Below, in pieces: positions 8,869-19,307 of a stretch of DNA of 64,000 nt. The DNA lies in contig OY760142.1 of assembly GCA_963663225.1 (NCBI GenBank), positions 2,720,001-2,784,000 of the forward strand, written 5' to 3'. Each line of letters opens with the position of its first letter. The stretch's first letter is position 1. The notes beneath the pieces are model-generated. The model was given only the letters and a program-made list of their open reading frames with translations, did not search any database and was not told the origin of the DNA. The DNA comes from Nitrospirota bacterium (GTDB lineage: Bacteria > Nitrospirota > UBA9217). Made by a program: the position numbers and the translations under genes.

Positions 8869-10197
8869 TTAGTCCATTGACGACAGCATTCGTCCAGACC
8901 ACCATATCCCGACGCACCCGGCCAAAATGTCAGTCGCGAACCTGCCCCAGAATATTCCGTTAAGTCCTAATAAGGCACTTCCTGCTATGGATAGAGGTAT
9001 TAGCAATACTGCCACCCGTATGATGTTGAGTGCGGACGCCTGCAAGGGCCTGTGTGTCCCTGTCAGTGAAAATCCTGCATAGCGGTGTATCTCAAGCATG
9101 CCGTATCCCATGCACGTAATGTAAATATAGGAACACAAGATATCAATAACGCTCTTCTCGGAAGAGAAAAATTCTGCCATGGATTCGGCAAAAATAAGGA
9201 ACAAACAACCGATAAAAATGCCGTACAGCAGGGCAAATGTCATGGTGCCTTTTCTCGCCAGCCTGATTCTGTCCATTCTTCCGGCGCCGTAGTTCTGGGC
9301 CACAAAAGGAATAAGCGACATGCCGACGGTCATGGGTATCATGAAGGCGAACATTTCTATTCTGCCTGCCACGCCCAGCGCGGCGACGGCCTCGTTGCCG
9401 AAACCTGCTGCGAGTCTGGTAATAACGGCGGACGACAGCGGAGTCAATATCATGCCGAGGGCTCCGGGTATACTGAATTTCAGGATGCTGTGCCATGATC
9501 GAAAAAGCAGGCCTGGTTTTATGGTGCTGATATCTATCAAGCTCATTTTTTTCGCCACAATGTAAAAAGCAGCCGCAAGGGTGACCGTTTGGGCGAGTAT
9601 CGTTGCGACAGCAGCGCCGGCGATATTCATTTTCGGCAAGCCGAATCTGCCGAAAATAAGCCCCATATCCAGAACGATATTTATTGCAGTACTGCCGACC
9701 ATGAGCATACTGACGGCCTTTGTATTCCCGGTGCTTATGATGATGTCGGAAACAACGATTTGAAGCACCATAATGAACGAGCCCCAGTACCAGATTTCCA
9801 TATACTGTGCAGTCATCTCGAGTACCGCGCCGGATGCACCCAGCCTGGAGAAAAGAGGCGTGATGGTGAGCAGCCCCAGAACAGATATGAGGGCGCCGAA
9901 AAGAACGGAAAGGATAATTGCGTGCGTTGTAACTGTTGCCGCTTTTTTGTGATCTTTCCCGCCTATGGCATGGGCGACGAGCGTCATTACTCCGCTTCCG
10001 AGCCCCCGGCTGAGCAGCATAAGCAGCATTACAACAGGGAACGTAAAAGAAATAGCCGCAAGCGCTTCGGTCCCGAGCTGGGACACGAACCAGGCGTTCG
10101 TGAGGTTATACATATTCATGGCAAAAGTGCCTGCGAGCATCGGCACGGCCATTTTGACAATTACGTTCAGTACATGTCCTTGTATAAGTTTTGACAT
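8869..10197 (-). CDS. MATE family efflux transporter
   Basis: About 12 TM; LGTEALAAI, GIAGAA-like NIAGAAVAT, FGNEAVAALG, AQNYGAG. Confidence 0.9.
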   Translation of the reverse strand: MSKLIQGHVLNVIVKMAVPMLAGTFAMNMYNLTNAWFVSQLGTEALAAISFTFPVVMLLMLLSRGLGSGVMTLVAHAIGGKDHKKAATVTTHAIILSVLFGALISVLGLLTITPLFSRLGASGAVLEMTAQYMEIWYWGSFIMVLQIVVSDIIISTGNTKAVSMLMVGSTAINIVLDMGLIFGRFGLPKMNIAGAAVATILAQTVTLAAAFYIVAKKMSLIDISTIKPGLLFRSWHSILKFSIPGALGMILTPLSSAVITRLAAGFGNEAVAALGVAGRIEMFAFMIPMTVGMSLIPFVAQNYGAGRMDRIRLARKGTMTFALLYGIFIGCLFLIFAESMAEFFSSEKSVIDILCSYIYITCMGYGMLEIHRYAGFSLTGTHRPLQASALNIIRVAVLLIPLSIAGSALLGLNGIFWGRFATDILAGCVGIWWSGRMLSSMD

Positions 10198-10305
10198 TGT
10201 TGTTGGAGAGAGTTTTATGAAAAGCGGCCGTCAGACATGAAATTTCAGGTCAGTGAGGTGTCGGGTTTCACAATGTCCAGTCCGTTTTTTCACTACGTTG
10301 TTGGA

Positions 10306-11676
10306 TTATTTCTCTGACATCTGCTCCCTGTCAGCGGTTTCGAGCGACGCTAAAACAAGACTTTTTACCGTTTCGCCCTCCAGGCTGTTCTTGACGACTT
10401 CATCCAGTTTCAGGAGCAGTGCATTGACCGCCGGGCTTCCGCTGGCAAGACTGCTGAATGCGGCCGCTTCATGCAGGTTTTTTTCGACCGCGCTGAATAC
10501 TTCCGGTACCGTTATTCTTTCAATATCGCGCATGGGGATATAGGTCATGTCATCTTTTATGAGGAACACGATCTTACTGTCTTCCAGAGCTTCCAAGACC
10601 CTGAGAACAGGAAACACCGGCAACCCGAAATGCCGTACCAGGGAATTCAGCGTCCAGCGCTCCAGTCCCTTGTAATGATGAAGGCCGATACAGTACATGG
10701 CGGCAACGGCAAGCTTGTATTGAAACCGCTCGGTAAAAATTTCCGTATCATTTTTTACCCGCAGGGTCGCGGGGAACTGGTGATGATACGCGATTTTCAC
10801 CCCGATCAGCATTACGATCCAGTTGAAATACAGCCACAGCATGAAGATCAGCACCATCGCGAAACCTGAATAGATAGCGGAATAATGCGCGGTTGAAACC
10901 AGGAACTTCGCGAATGCCCAGCTGATCGTTTCCCAGAGTAGACCCGCAACAACGCCGCCCGTCAGCGCGGAGCGAATCGAGACTTTTGTGTTGGGCAGGA
11001 GATAGTAAATCATGGTAAACGTAATGATCATCAGCAGGTACGGCAGGAATTTACTGAGATACAGGATGATGGTGCCGAACGGTTCGATGTGATGAAGGGC
11101 CTGGACGACGGTGTTGCTCATGACAGAAGTTGTCAGGCCGATCGCTGCGACCATTAAAAGCGGAGCGACGAGAAGCACGCTCAAGTAGTCGCGAAACTTT
11201 TGGAGCAGCCCGCGCGGTTTGTGGATCTGCCACAAACGGTTGAATGCCTGCTCGATCTGCTGGATAGTGTTCACGACCGTATAAACAAGAACCACGAGAC
11301 CGACGGCTCCGAGTACGCTGACATTGATTTTGTCGACATAGCTGACGATGACTGTCGTAATTTCCCTGCTTTTAGGGCCAATGGGTGCAAGGAAATTTAG
11401 CAGCATCGGGGCCAGCATGTTATGCACTCCGAATGCCTTGGCCAAAGCGAACGAAAGGGCTATCAGCGGGACGAAGGACAAAAGAGTTATGTACGCGAGG
11501 CTCGAAGCGGGGAGGGTAAAAACGCCGGTCCGGAAATCATCTTGTATTTTGTAGGCAAAACGAAGGCAGGTTATGAGATATCCCTTCGGTTTACTCACAC
11601 CGGCAATATCGATCTGCCACAAGGTCTCACGAAAGAATGTCTGCACTGAGCTGAATAATTTTTTAATATTCATCAT
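10306..11676 (-). CDS. YihY/virulence factor BrkB family membrane protein with C-terminal winged-HTH-like extension
   Basis: ASSLAYITLLSFVP, IEQAFNRLW, YYLLPNTKV, YSAIYSGFA, WLYFNW. Confidence 0.85.
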   Translation of the reverse strand: MMNIKKLFSSVQTFFRETLWQIDIAGVSKPKGYLITCLRFAYKIQDDFRTGVFTLPASSLAYITLLSFVPLIALSFALAKAFGVHNMLAPMLLNFLAPIGPKSREITTVIVSYVDKINVSVLGAVGLVVLVYTVVNTIQQIEQAFNRLWQIHKPRGLLQKFRDYLSVLLVAPLLMVAAIGLTTSVMSNTVVQALHHIEPFGTIILYLSKFLPYLLMIITFTMIYYLLPNTKVSIRSALTGGVVAGLLWETISWAFAKFLVSTAHYSAIYSGFAMVLIFMLWLYFNWIVMLIGVKIAYHHQFPATLRVKNDTEIFTERFQYKLAVAAMYCIGLHHYKGLERWTLNSLVRHFGLPVFPVLRVLEALEDSKIVFLIKDDMTYIPMRDIERITVPEVFSAVEKNLHEAAAFSSLASGSPAVNALLLKLDEVVKNSLEGETVKSLVLASLETADREQMSEK

Positions 11677-11743
11677 AACAATAGTCCTTTAGAGATGGTT
11701 CTTTTTTGGGAAGGTACGGCCCATTCAGACCATCCCTGTCCAT

Positions 11744-11779
11744 TAAAAAGCAGGGACGCAATATTGTTTGTTGCGTCCC
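11744..11779 (-). terminator. Putative intrinsic terminator after the lipocalin-like gene
   Basis: GGGACGCAA/TTGCGTCCC stem; T-run follows on the minus strand. Confidence 0.5.
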
Positions 11780-11810
11780 CGCGTAGAATCCGGCTTTTGC
11801 GGTGTTTTTT

Positions 11811-12311
11811 TTATTTAGCACGTTCGAGCGTAACAATGCTTCGCTGCATTCCCTTGTCAGCCCAGTTGGGCATGACCCTCCAGGGGGTCAGAATTTGCAG
11901 GCGATTTCCGTTAATTTTAAAAAATCGTGACTGTTCGGTCCCGACCCAGGCGGGATTCCATGCAACTTCGACCTTCGTGATCCATTTGTCTCCTTCAATG
12001 CGGTATGTACCGGTGTATGCCACCATCGTGCTTAATAGTTCGGCACGCTCTTTATCAGTGTTAGCCGGTTTGCGTCCTTCTCCGGTAAACATGAAAAATA
12101 CGCGTCCCTCCGGTGTGAAAATAACATATCCGGTCGGGTTTTGACCCATAACCAGTTCCCGCTGGCCTGTTGCCTGGATCTCGACTTCGTAGGAAAGCAG
12201 TTTCCAGAGGCCCTGAACCTGTTTTGCACCGTCTTTTGCCTCATCAGCAAAAACAGATTGCACCGAAAACACAAGCAAAAACAGAACAACCAACCATGTG
12301 ACCTTACGCAT
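11811..12311 (-). CDS. Secreted lipocalin-like domain protein
   Basis: Signal peptide; GLWKLLSY, NPTGYVIFTPEGR, AYTGTYRIEG, NPAWVGTEQSR. Confidence 0.75.
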   Translation of the reverse strand: MRKVTWLVVLFLLVFSVQSVFADEAKDGAKQVQGLWKLLSYEVEIQATGQRELVMGQNPTGYVIFTPEGRVFFMFTGEGRKPANTDKERAELLSTMVAYTGTYRIEGDKWITKVEVAWNPAWVGTEQSRFFKINGNRLQILTPWRVMPNWADKGMQRSIVTLERAK

Positions 12312-12444
12312 ACTGTTCTCCTTTCTTTCTAGCAGAGATTAATCCGGAAAATGCACGAACGTAGCACAACCTTGTAAACATATATGGCATGAAATGGTTC
12401 AACCGGTTCTGTTTAGGGTATTTACTCCGATCTGAAATGAGCCG

Positions 12445-13335
12445 TTAATTCCCCAATACTATCTTTTCTTCGCAATAGGGTGCTAATGGACGAATTTTAT
12501 CATAGTTTCTTTCAAAATATAATTGCGGATTCAACTGACGAAGAAGTTCCGTAGTCGCTTTTTCAGTAAGTAAACGGCAAACAAGCCGTGTATCCATACT
12601 CAATATCCGGCATGCTTCGAGAGTCGGACAAAAATTCTTCGATTGAATTATGATGTTATTTTTGTTTCTTTCAACAATCGGAGCATCTGCAGGGTCGATT
12701 TCGAGCTTGCTGATGAAAAGATTGTATGCTTCGTCGAGAATCGAAGAGGTTTTAGCGTTTTGTGGTTTATAGTTGTTTTTAAACCAATGCAGTCTGCTGA
12801 GACATTTTTCCTTGCCGAGTTTTTCAAGTGCTGCATCGTCTGCATTCCGCAGCATTTTAATTTCGTTTCTTACTGCCTGGTTGTAAAGTATTGAACATTC
12901 ATCATACAATATAGGTTCGGAGATATTGATTTTCTTTCTCCCGCGGTCAAAAATTTCTTTTATGGAAATATCAATACGGCTTCTGCCCTGCAGCAAAGCG
13001 TCTTTGATCGAAAAACCATATGCCACCACTTCAATTCCAGACCAGAACAGGGCCGTCGAGCACATTGGACAAGGCTCGTGGGTAGATATCAGTGTGCAAC
13101 CGGACAGATTTTTCCCCAGCAGGGATGCTGCGCGCCTGACGGCTTTCATTTCCGCGTGCGCGGTAGGATCTCCTTCGGTTGAGTCAGTATCGTGGGCCCG
13201 GGTTATAAGCGCGCCTTCTTTCATGATAACTGCTCCAAAACCGCTATTGCCTTCTCGCAATGAAAGCTTTGCCTCGTCAATTGCAATGCGCATAAACTTC
13301 TGGATATCATTCATCTTGTTGTTATCGAATATCAT
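12445..13335 (-). CDS. Zn-dependent nucleoside/nucleobase deaminase with extra C-terminal Cys-containing domain
   Basis: DPTAHAE and HEPCPMC motifs; start moved to ATG 13335 (AAGGA SD). Confidence 0.8.
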   Translation of the reverse strand: MIFDNNKMNDIQKFMRIAIDEAKLSLREGNSGFGAVIMKEGALITRAHDTDSTEGDPTAHAEMKAVRRAASLLGKNLSGCTLISTHEPCPMCSTALFWSGIEVVAYGFSIKDALLQGRSRIDISIKEIFDRGRKKINISEPILYDECSILYNQAVRNEIKMLRNADDAALEKLGKEKCLSRLHWFKNNYKPQNAKTSSILDEAYNLFISKLEIDPADAPIVERNKNNIIIQSKNFCPTLEACRILSMDTRLVCRLLTEKATTELLRQLNPQLYFERNYDKIRPLAPYCEEKIVLGN

Positions 13336-13351
13336 ATTTGTCCTTATAAAT

Positions 13352-15145
13352 CTAGAAGAGTACCGTATGCGCAGGTTCGAAGTTTTTTGCTGCATCATGC
13401 GCTTGTATCCGGACCTTATGCATTCCTCTGATCGAGTTCAAAAGATAGACCGTAGGGCTGTCGAGTGCTTCCTGAACGGTAATGATTCGTTCCTGCAGCT
13501 GGGCGTGATCAATCATCCAGGCGCGCTGCGTGCCGGGCAGGAGGCCGCAGGAAACGGGTGGTGTGTATAATACACCGTCAATTTCGACTGCAATATTTGC
13601 CACGGTAGACTCAGTGATCTGTCCAGCTTTATTGTACAATAAAACATCGTTGCTTCCAGGGCATATTCCAACAGCGTTTTCATACACGTGACGATGAGTC
13701 GTTTTATGGTACAGAAAAACGTTTTCCTTGTCGACCGGGTCCCTGGAGAGCATAATGTCATGAAAGCGCATAGTGGTTGACTCGATGGGAACGGCCTCGC
13801 AGCGGAAGGTCCCCAGGCGCGAGACAAGCAAACGGATACGATGCCTTTTTAAAGGCAGACCGGCCGGAATGCGCATAAGCTCATCTTGTATTTGGTGGAG
13901 ATCTAGAGGGAAACCGAAATAGTCCGCTGATCGGGCGAGACGCTCCATGTGGTACTCCAGAAGCCGGTATCCGCCCGAAGGAGACCACAGCATTGTTTCG
14001 AGAAGATCGAAATCTCGGGCTGTGGGACGCAGTACCTGCGTTTTTGTCAGGCATTCTGCGTATTCAGCAACGGGTTGGGAGTCCCATACAATACCGCTTC
14101 CGACGCCGTATTCCGCCTGACCGCTTGCTTTATGCAGCAAAATAGTTCGAATGGCGACATTGAACCGGGCGCGGCGTCCGGGAGCGACGAAGCCGATTGT
14201 ACCGGTATATATGCGCCTCGGTGAGGATTCCAGCTCCGCTATGATTTCCATCGTGCGGCGCTTCGGTGCACCGGTAATGGATGCGGGAGGAAATGTGGCT
14301 TGTAGTATACAGTTCAGAGATTCGTCGGTTCTTGCACGTACGGTAGATGTCATCTGCCACACGTTCGGATATTTTTCAAGCTCAAACAGCGAGGGGACAT
14401 GAACGCTGCCGCAACATGCTATGCGGCCGAGGTCATTGCGCACCATGTCCACGATCATCAGGTTCTCCGCCTGTTCCTTTTGGGAACTTCTGAGAGCGGT
14501 CCGTTTTGCCAGATCTTTCTCAAACCACAATCCTCTGGCAGCCGTACCTTTCATAGGTCGCGACTCGATCTGATCACCGTCGAGCCTCAGGAAAAGCTCG
14601 GGTGAGGCGCTGCAGACAGCCCAATCTCCCGTGTCCAGGAACGCGGCAAAAGGAGGTTCATCGCCGGTAATATGCAGGAATAGCTGCCAGGGGTCAATAT
14701 CCGTTCTTGCCTGAAGCCGGTACGTGAAGTTGACCTGATAGGTGTCACCCTCGCGGATAAATTGACGTATTTCCCCGAGTGAGTTGAGGTATTCTGCCCG
14801 TGTTATTGATGGATGCCACGGTATAAAGAAATCACGGTTCCCGCGAGTTGACGGCAGGGTAATTTCGCTGGCCTGTTCGAATAACCCGAACCAGAGCAGG
14901 GGAAACTCCTTGTCAATTTTGGCAGGCAGGGAAGGGTCAAAGGCTGGAGCGGCCTCGTAGGAAATAAAACCGGCGGCGTACAATTTATCTTGTTCGACCT
15001 TGTTTTCAATTGCGCGAAGAAAAGGCAGGACATCCTCTATGCGGTTTGTTGTAATGATCTCGCATGGTGATGTGAAGCTCAGCCATTTTTTTCCGGCTTC
15101 ATCACGCAAAACGATATGCGGTATCTGAAGGTCTATTTTTTTCAT
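13352..15145 (-). CDS. pabB: Aminodeoxychorismate synthase component I fused to 4-amino-4-deoxychorismate lyase (class IV PLP)
   Basis: GDTYQVN, SASPELF, PMKGT, AENLMIVDMVRNDL, SITGAPK, NVAIRT; C-terminal LETM...HMERL, YHKTT, GLLPGT. Confidence 0.9.
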   Translation of the reverse strand: MKKIDLQIPHIVLRDEAGKKWLSFTSPCEIITTNRIEDVLPFLRAIENKVEQDKLYAAGFISYEAAPAFDPSLPAKIDKEFPLLWFGLFEQASEITLPSTRGNRDFFIPWHPSITRAEYLNSLGEIRQFIREGDTYQVNFTYRLQARTDIDPWQLFLHITGDEPPFAAFLDTGDWAVCSASPELFLRLDGDQIESRPMKGTAARGLWFEKDLAKRTALRSSQKEQAENLMIVDMVRNDLGRIACCGSVHVPSLFELEKYPNVWQMTSTVRARTDESLNCILQATFPPASITGAPKRRTMEIIAELESSPRRIYTGTIGFVAPGRRARFNVAIRTILLHKASGQAEYGVGSGIVWDSQPVAEYAECLTKTQVLRPTARDFDLLETMLWSPSGGYRLLEYHMERLARSADYFGFPLDLHQIQDELMRIPAGLPLKRHRIRLLVSRLGTFRCEAVPIESTTMRFHDIMLSRDPVDKENVFLYHKTTHRHVYENAVGICPGSNDVLLYNKAGQITESTVANIAVEIDGVLYTPPVSCGLLPGTQRAWMIDHAQLQERIITVQEALDSPTVYLLNSIRGMHKVRIQAHDAAKNFEPAHTVLF

Positions 15146-15415
15146 CGTACTCCGCACACGAATGGTGAATTTTGGATCCCAATGTTCTTGCTGGTCTTGA
15201 GTTTTGCGAATTTATCAGGCGGACGGTAAATTATGCCGGAAAGGCCGTTTCAACTCCGGCATTGCTTCGATTTCAAAACAAGCATCACCTTATGACAAAA
15301 GACATTTGCTCATGAAAGAGAGAACATCGTGGTCAGACAATGGAATTCATGAACAGGCATCTTTGCGTTCATGACGTGCGCAATCGGCCTTTTGCGGCCT
15401 TGTTGTCTGTAATTG

Positions 15416-16054
15416 TCAGCGGCCTGCAGTCTGGGCGGAACTGGCGGAATTCAGATGTTCGATATTCGCGATATCGATCACCTCGGCCGAACCGTTTTCG
15501 ACACGGATGGTAGTCAGGCTGGCCGGAGGAACAGAATGCACAGACCAGACAGTGCTGACCGGCTGCTTCATGAGAGCGACAATACAGACGCGGGCGCAAA
15601 TGGCATGCGTGACGATCAGGACGCTTCCGGTGCGCAATCTCTGTATTTCCGAAAAGAAGTCGGAAATTCTTTGGTGCATCTCGGTAAAAGATTCGCCGTT
15701 CGGCGCCCGAAATAGCTCCGGGGTCTGTCTGTACGTGTTGTACTCCTGTGGATAGCCGTTCCGGATTTCGTCGATAGTCTTTCCTTCCCAGGCTCCAAAA
15801 TACATTTCGCGAAGGCGATCGTCCGGTATCGAGGAAAGGGGTGGATTGTGTTGTTCACCGATCAGCCCGGCAGTTCTTCTTGCACGGTTCAGCGAGCTTG
15901 AAAACGCTGCATCAATGCTGGTGGAAGCAAGACGGTTCCCGATCGATATGGCTTGTTCAACGCCGACCGGTGTAAGGGCGGAGTCGCAGTGGCCCTGGGT
16001 GCGATGTTGCAGGTTCCACTCGGTCTGTCCGTGTCTGACGATATAATAGTACAT
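15416..16054 (-). CDS. Histidine phosphatase (phosphoglycerate mutase superfamily)
   Basis: VRHGQTEWN, SSSLNRA, LREMYFGAWEG, GESF, VTH. Confidence 0.9.
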   Translation of the reverse strand: MYYYIVRHGQTEWNLQHRTQGHCDSALTPVGVEQAISIGNRLASTSIDAAFSSSLNRARRTAGLIGEQHNPPLSSIPDDRLREMYFGAWEGKTIDEIRNGYPQEYNTYRQTPELFRAPNGESFTEMHQRISDFFSEIQRLRTGSVLIVTHAICARVCIVALMKQPVSTVWSVHSVPPASLTTIRVENGSAEVIDIANIEHLNSASSAQTAGR

Positions 16055-16112
16055 CTGAACTCCTTGATCACTGCAGTGATTCTCGCGATGCAGAACGATT
16101 GCGATGTGTGGA

Positions 16113-16141
16113 AGTATATATATTCATTTCAATCTTGTCAA
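16113..16141 (-). promoter_or_regulatory. Sigma70-type promoter of the histidine phosphatase gene
   Basis: Minus strand TTGACA-N17-TATACT. Confidence 0.7.
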
Positions 16142-16172
16142 TTTTTTGCATGCAGACGGAGGCAGTCGACTG

Positions 16173-17366
16173 TCAGGAAACGACCCTTGCGATGAGTTTT
16201 CCGAGTTCAAATCCTTTTTGTATAACGTCGGCATCCGGATATCCGGCAAACTCGAGTTTTTCGATATACTGCCATCTGGACGGTTCGGTGAGTTCCAGCG
16301 TCTTCTTTAAAGCGCCTTTGCTCCACCCATAGCTTCCGAAATAAACTGCTTTTTTATTCTGGATGTTTTTCAGGGCGGCTTTTTCGAGCGCAGTCTGCAT
16401 GTACGGAAAGAGGGTGGCCTCATACGTCGGCGCACCCACGACAACGCCCTTGTTCACAAGCAGCGCGGGAAGCATATATGAAGGGTGTACGCGGGCTACG
16501 TCGAATGTTTCCGGAATGATTCCGGCTGAGGTTATGCCTTCAGCGACCGCGTTCATCATGAGTTCCGTGTTCCCGTACATTGATCCGTACAGAAGAGTTA
16601 CCCCTCTGCCGCCTCCTGATTTTCCGTATTCCGCCCATCTGCTGTACAGTTCGATTATTCTTCCGGGCGCTTTTCTCCAGACGAGGCCATGAGAAGGTGC
16701 GATGCACGCTATCTTGAGTGCGGAAATCTTTTTTATGGCGTTTAAAACCGGCACCGCGAACTTTGCCACAATATTGGCATAATAGCGCAGGGCCTCTTTT
16801 TCATAGTAAACGATGTCGGGATATTCATCGTCGAACAATGCCCCTTGCAAAGCCCCATATCCGCCGAACGCATCGCAGGAGAACAGCACGTTTGACTTCG
16901 GGTCGTAAGTTGCCATTGTTTCCGGCCAGTGCACAAAAGGAATATGGTGAAATGAAATCGCTCTGCTGCCGATGTCAAGCGTGTCGCTGTCGTTGACGGC
17001 TTTGATTCGTTCGGTAATACCGTAGTAGTCACGCAGCATCTGAACGGCTTTCGGGCTGCAGACGATTTCAGCCTTGGGCGAAAGCATTCTGAGCGTCTTT
17101 ATGACTCCGGTATGGTCAGGTTCCATGTGATTTATGACAACGTAGTCAATGTCGGAAAGAGGGAAAATTCTGGAAATTTGACCAAGGAAGTCGTCTGTTT
17201 TGAAAGATTTTGCCAGATCGATCAATACGTTTTTTTTGTCTTTTATCGCGTATGAGTTGTATGATATGCCTGTTTTATCGATCGGCCATAATCCTTCAAA
17301 GAGGTCAGTCGTCCTGTCATTTACGCCGACCCAGAAGATGTCATCAGTAAGTTTTATTTCCAGCAT
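16173..17366 (-). CDS. fprA: Flavodiiron protein (FprA/A-type flavoprotein; O2/NO reductase family)
   Basis: SYNSY, NHMEPDH, HWPETM, SCDAFG, PSHG; flavodoxin YGSMYGNTE, FGSYGWS. Confidence 0.9.
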   Translation of the reverse strand: MLEIKLTDDIFWVGVNDRTTDLFEGLWPIDKTGISYNSYAIKDKKNVLIDLAKSFKTDDFLGQISRIFPLSDIDYVVINHMEPDHTGVIKTLRMLSPKAEIVCSPKAVQMLRDYYGITERIKAVNDSDTLDIGSRAISFHHIPFVHWPETMATYDPKSNVLFSCDAFGGYGALQGALFDDEYPDIVYYEKEALRYYANIVAKFAVPVLNAIKKISALKIACIAPSHGLVWRKAPGRIIELYSRWAEYGKSGGGRGVTLLYGSMYGNTELMMNAVAEGITSAGIIPETFDVARVHPSYMLPALLVNKGVVVGAPTYEATLFPYMQTALEKAALKNIQNKKAVYFGSYGWSKGALKKTLELTEPSRWQYIEKLEFAGYPDADVIQKGFELGKLIARVVS

Positions 17367-17456
17367 GAAGACCTCCCGGATTCATGTACTGTTTGTTTAT
17401 CAGAACATTTTCTCAATTCTAACACAGAATGAATCTGATTTTGGGCGGGCTCGGCA

Positions 17457-17957
17457 CTAGCTTTTTGCTGAAAAACTGATGTGAAAAGTGACGGTACTTT
17501 GAGGAATTGTTTTACAAAACGGCAAAGCGAGAAAAAACTCCTGCGGAATGCCTTCATGAATCAAGCCGGGAATATTTTTGAAGCCGAACCGTTGATAGTA
17601 GCTGGGATCTCCCACGAGAACGCAGCCGTTGCCGCCCAAAGCTTTCAGCCGGGACAATCCTTCATGCATAAGTGCCTTTCCGATTCCCTGTTTTTGATAT
17701 CCCGGCAGCACGGAGATCGGGCCGAGCCCGTACCAGTTCAGACTCCCGTCGGACATGGTCACCGGCGAGAAGGCAATATGGCCGAGTATTTTCCCTTCAA
17801 CCTCCGCGACCAGCGAAAGGGTCAGGGCATCGGCACGGCGTAATGCGGTTATGATGAATTGTTCCGTATGACAGCTGATGGGAAGGGTCTTGAAGGCCGC
17901 TATGGTGATTTCCGTTATTGCATCGATATCAGTGCTTTTTTCTTCTCGTATGATCAT
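17457..17957 (-). CDS. GNAT N-acetyltransferase (YhbS-like)
   Basis: GHIAFSPV, LGPISVLPGYQKQGIGKAL, GDPSYYQRFGF. Confidence 0.9.
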   Translation of the reverse strand: MIIREEKSTDIDAITEITIAAFKTLPISCHTEQFIITALRRADALTLSLVAEVEGKILGHIAFSPVTMSDGSLNWYGLGPISVLPGYQKQGIGKALMHEGLSRLKALGGNGCVLVGDPSYYQRFGFKNIPGLIHEGIPQEFFLALPFCKTIPQSTVTFHISFSAKS

Positions 17958-17990
17958 TGTTGGTCCAGAATTATAATTTCTGTTGCTGTT

Positions 17991-19247
17991 TTATCTGCTG
18001 GATTCTCGTTGCTTCAGCTGCAGGGTATCCTGTTCCTGCAGAGCATTGTAAATTGCTTTCTTTATCTCATTGGGAAAACTGCCCGACATTCCTTCAAGAG
18101 CGGTATTGGTGAGGATTACCACTGTTAGCCCTGCGGTCCGGTCGACCCACCACGCATGACCGTAGGCGCCGCCCCACGCGATGGTGTTTTTATTCTGGGG
18201 GCTTTTGGCTGTCGACGGATCAAGCAGGATCGCGGACATGAGCGTCCACCCCCATCCCGGTTCTCCCACCGGAATATACGCCGCGCCCGTACTGTTTTCG
18301 AACAGTGCCTTGTGCGACGCAGGCTTCAATAATGAAGCATTTCCCGTTCTGACAGCCTCAAGAAAAAGAAGATAATCACCAGCGGTTCCTACCATTCCCG
18401 CGCCTCCGGATGGATAGGCTTTTTTGTCGAGAGCGCGTGCCGGCGAAAAGTTTATCGTGCCGGGTCCGGAAGGAAGCTGATAAAACGAAGGCATTCTGAG
18501 CGGGGCCGGTTTTGCGTCCGCGTACGGGGTCGCCAGGCGTTCGGGATGCGATGCCGTAAATTCCGTATCGTTCATCGCAAGTGGCTTGGTTATCAGTTCT
18601 TTTACTGCCGAGTCGAGGTCCTGTTTTGCCGCTTTTTCAATGACCCTGCCGAGTACATCTGTCGCGAGCGAGTATCGCCATGCCGTTCCGGGAGCAAAGA
18701 GCAGGGGAGCGTTTGCAATGCGGTTCAGGTTTTCATCCAGTGAAATGCCGGTATCGTCAAGGCCGTCGGACACTTTTAATCTGTGGTAAGGCCCTTCCTT
18801 GTTTTCAAAAAAAGAGTAGTTCAATCCCGCGGTATGGGTCAGCAGGTGCCGTATGGTTATGATTGGAATTTTACCATCGGCTGTCCTCGGTCTGAAATCA
18901 GGAAGCCATTTTGTTACCGGATCGTCGAGCCTGAGGATATTTTGATCAATAAGACGGAGAACGGCCACCGAGACTAGCGGTTTCGTCATCGAAGCGAGGC
19001 GGAATATTGTATCCTTTTGCATCAGCAGGTTGTTTTCACGATCGGCAAGTCCGGATGCCTTGTTGTAAAGAACCTTTCCACCCTGTGCCACGATCACGAC
19101 ACAGCCGACGATTCGATTTTCCGCAAGCGCCCTGGCAACGACCCGATCAACCTGTTTGCCGACAGCATTATTATCAGATAAAGAAGCTGCCGACGAAGTC
19201 TGGCAGATGAACAGTATGAGCAACAGTAACGAGAACTTTTTGAACAT
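17991..19247 (-). CDS. Secreted serine hydrolase, beta-lactamase class C/EstB-like family
   Basis: Signal peptide from ATG 19247; SxxK (ASMTK), LLTHTAG, PGTAWRYS, WGGAYG. Confidence 0.85.
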   Translation of the reverse strand: MFKKFSLLLLILFICQTSSAASLSDNNAVGKQVDRVVARALAENRIVGCVVIVAQGGKVLYNKASGLADRENNLLMQKDTIFRLASMTKPLVSVAVLRLIDQNILRLDDPVTKWLPDFRPRTADGKIPIITIRHLLTHTAGLNYSFFENKEGPYHRLKVSDGLDDTGISLDENLNRIANAPLLFAPGTAWRYSLATDVLGRVIEKAAKQDLDSAVKELITKPLAMNDTEFTASHPERLATPYADAKPAPLRMPSFYQLPSGPGTINFSPARALDKKAYPSGGAGMVGTAGDYLLFLEAVRTGNASLLKPASHKALFENSTGAAYIPVGEPGWGWTLMSAILLDPSTAKSPQNKNTIAWGGAYGHAWWVDRTAGLTVVILTNTALEGMSGSFPNEIKKAIYNALQEQDTLQLKQRESSR

Positions 19248-19307
19248 AGGTACCCGTTCGAATTTTATTTCAACACAGCTCAAATGTGAGCATCAGCAAA
19301 CAGCGCA

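Noticed and set aside
17991-19247. Serine hydrolase as an antibiotic-resistance beta-lactamase
   Set aside because: WGG and LLTHTAG motifs fit EstB-like esterases; resistance cannot be inferred
5832-19283. Whole minus-strand run as integron cassettes
   Set aside because: No attC-like structures found between these genes; several have their own promoters or terminators
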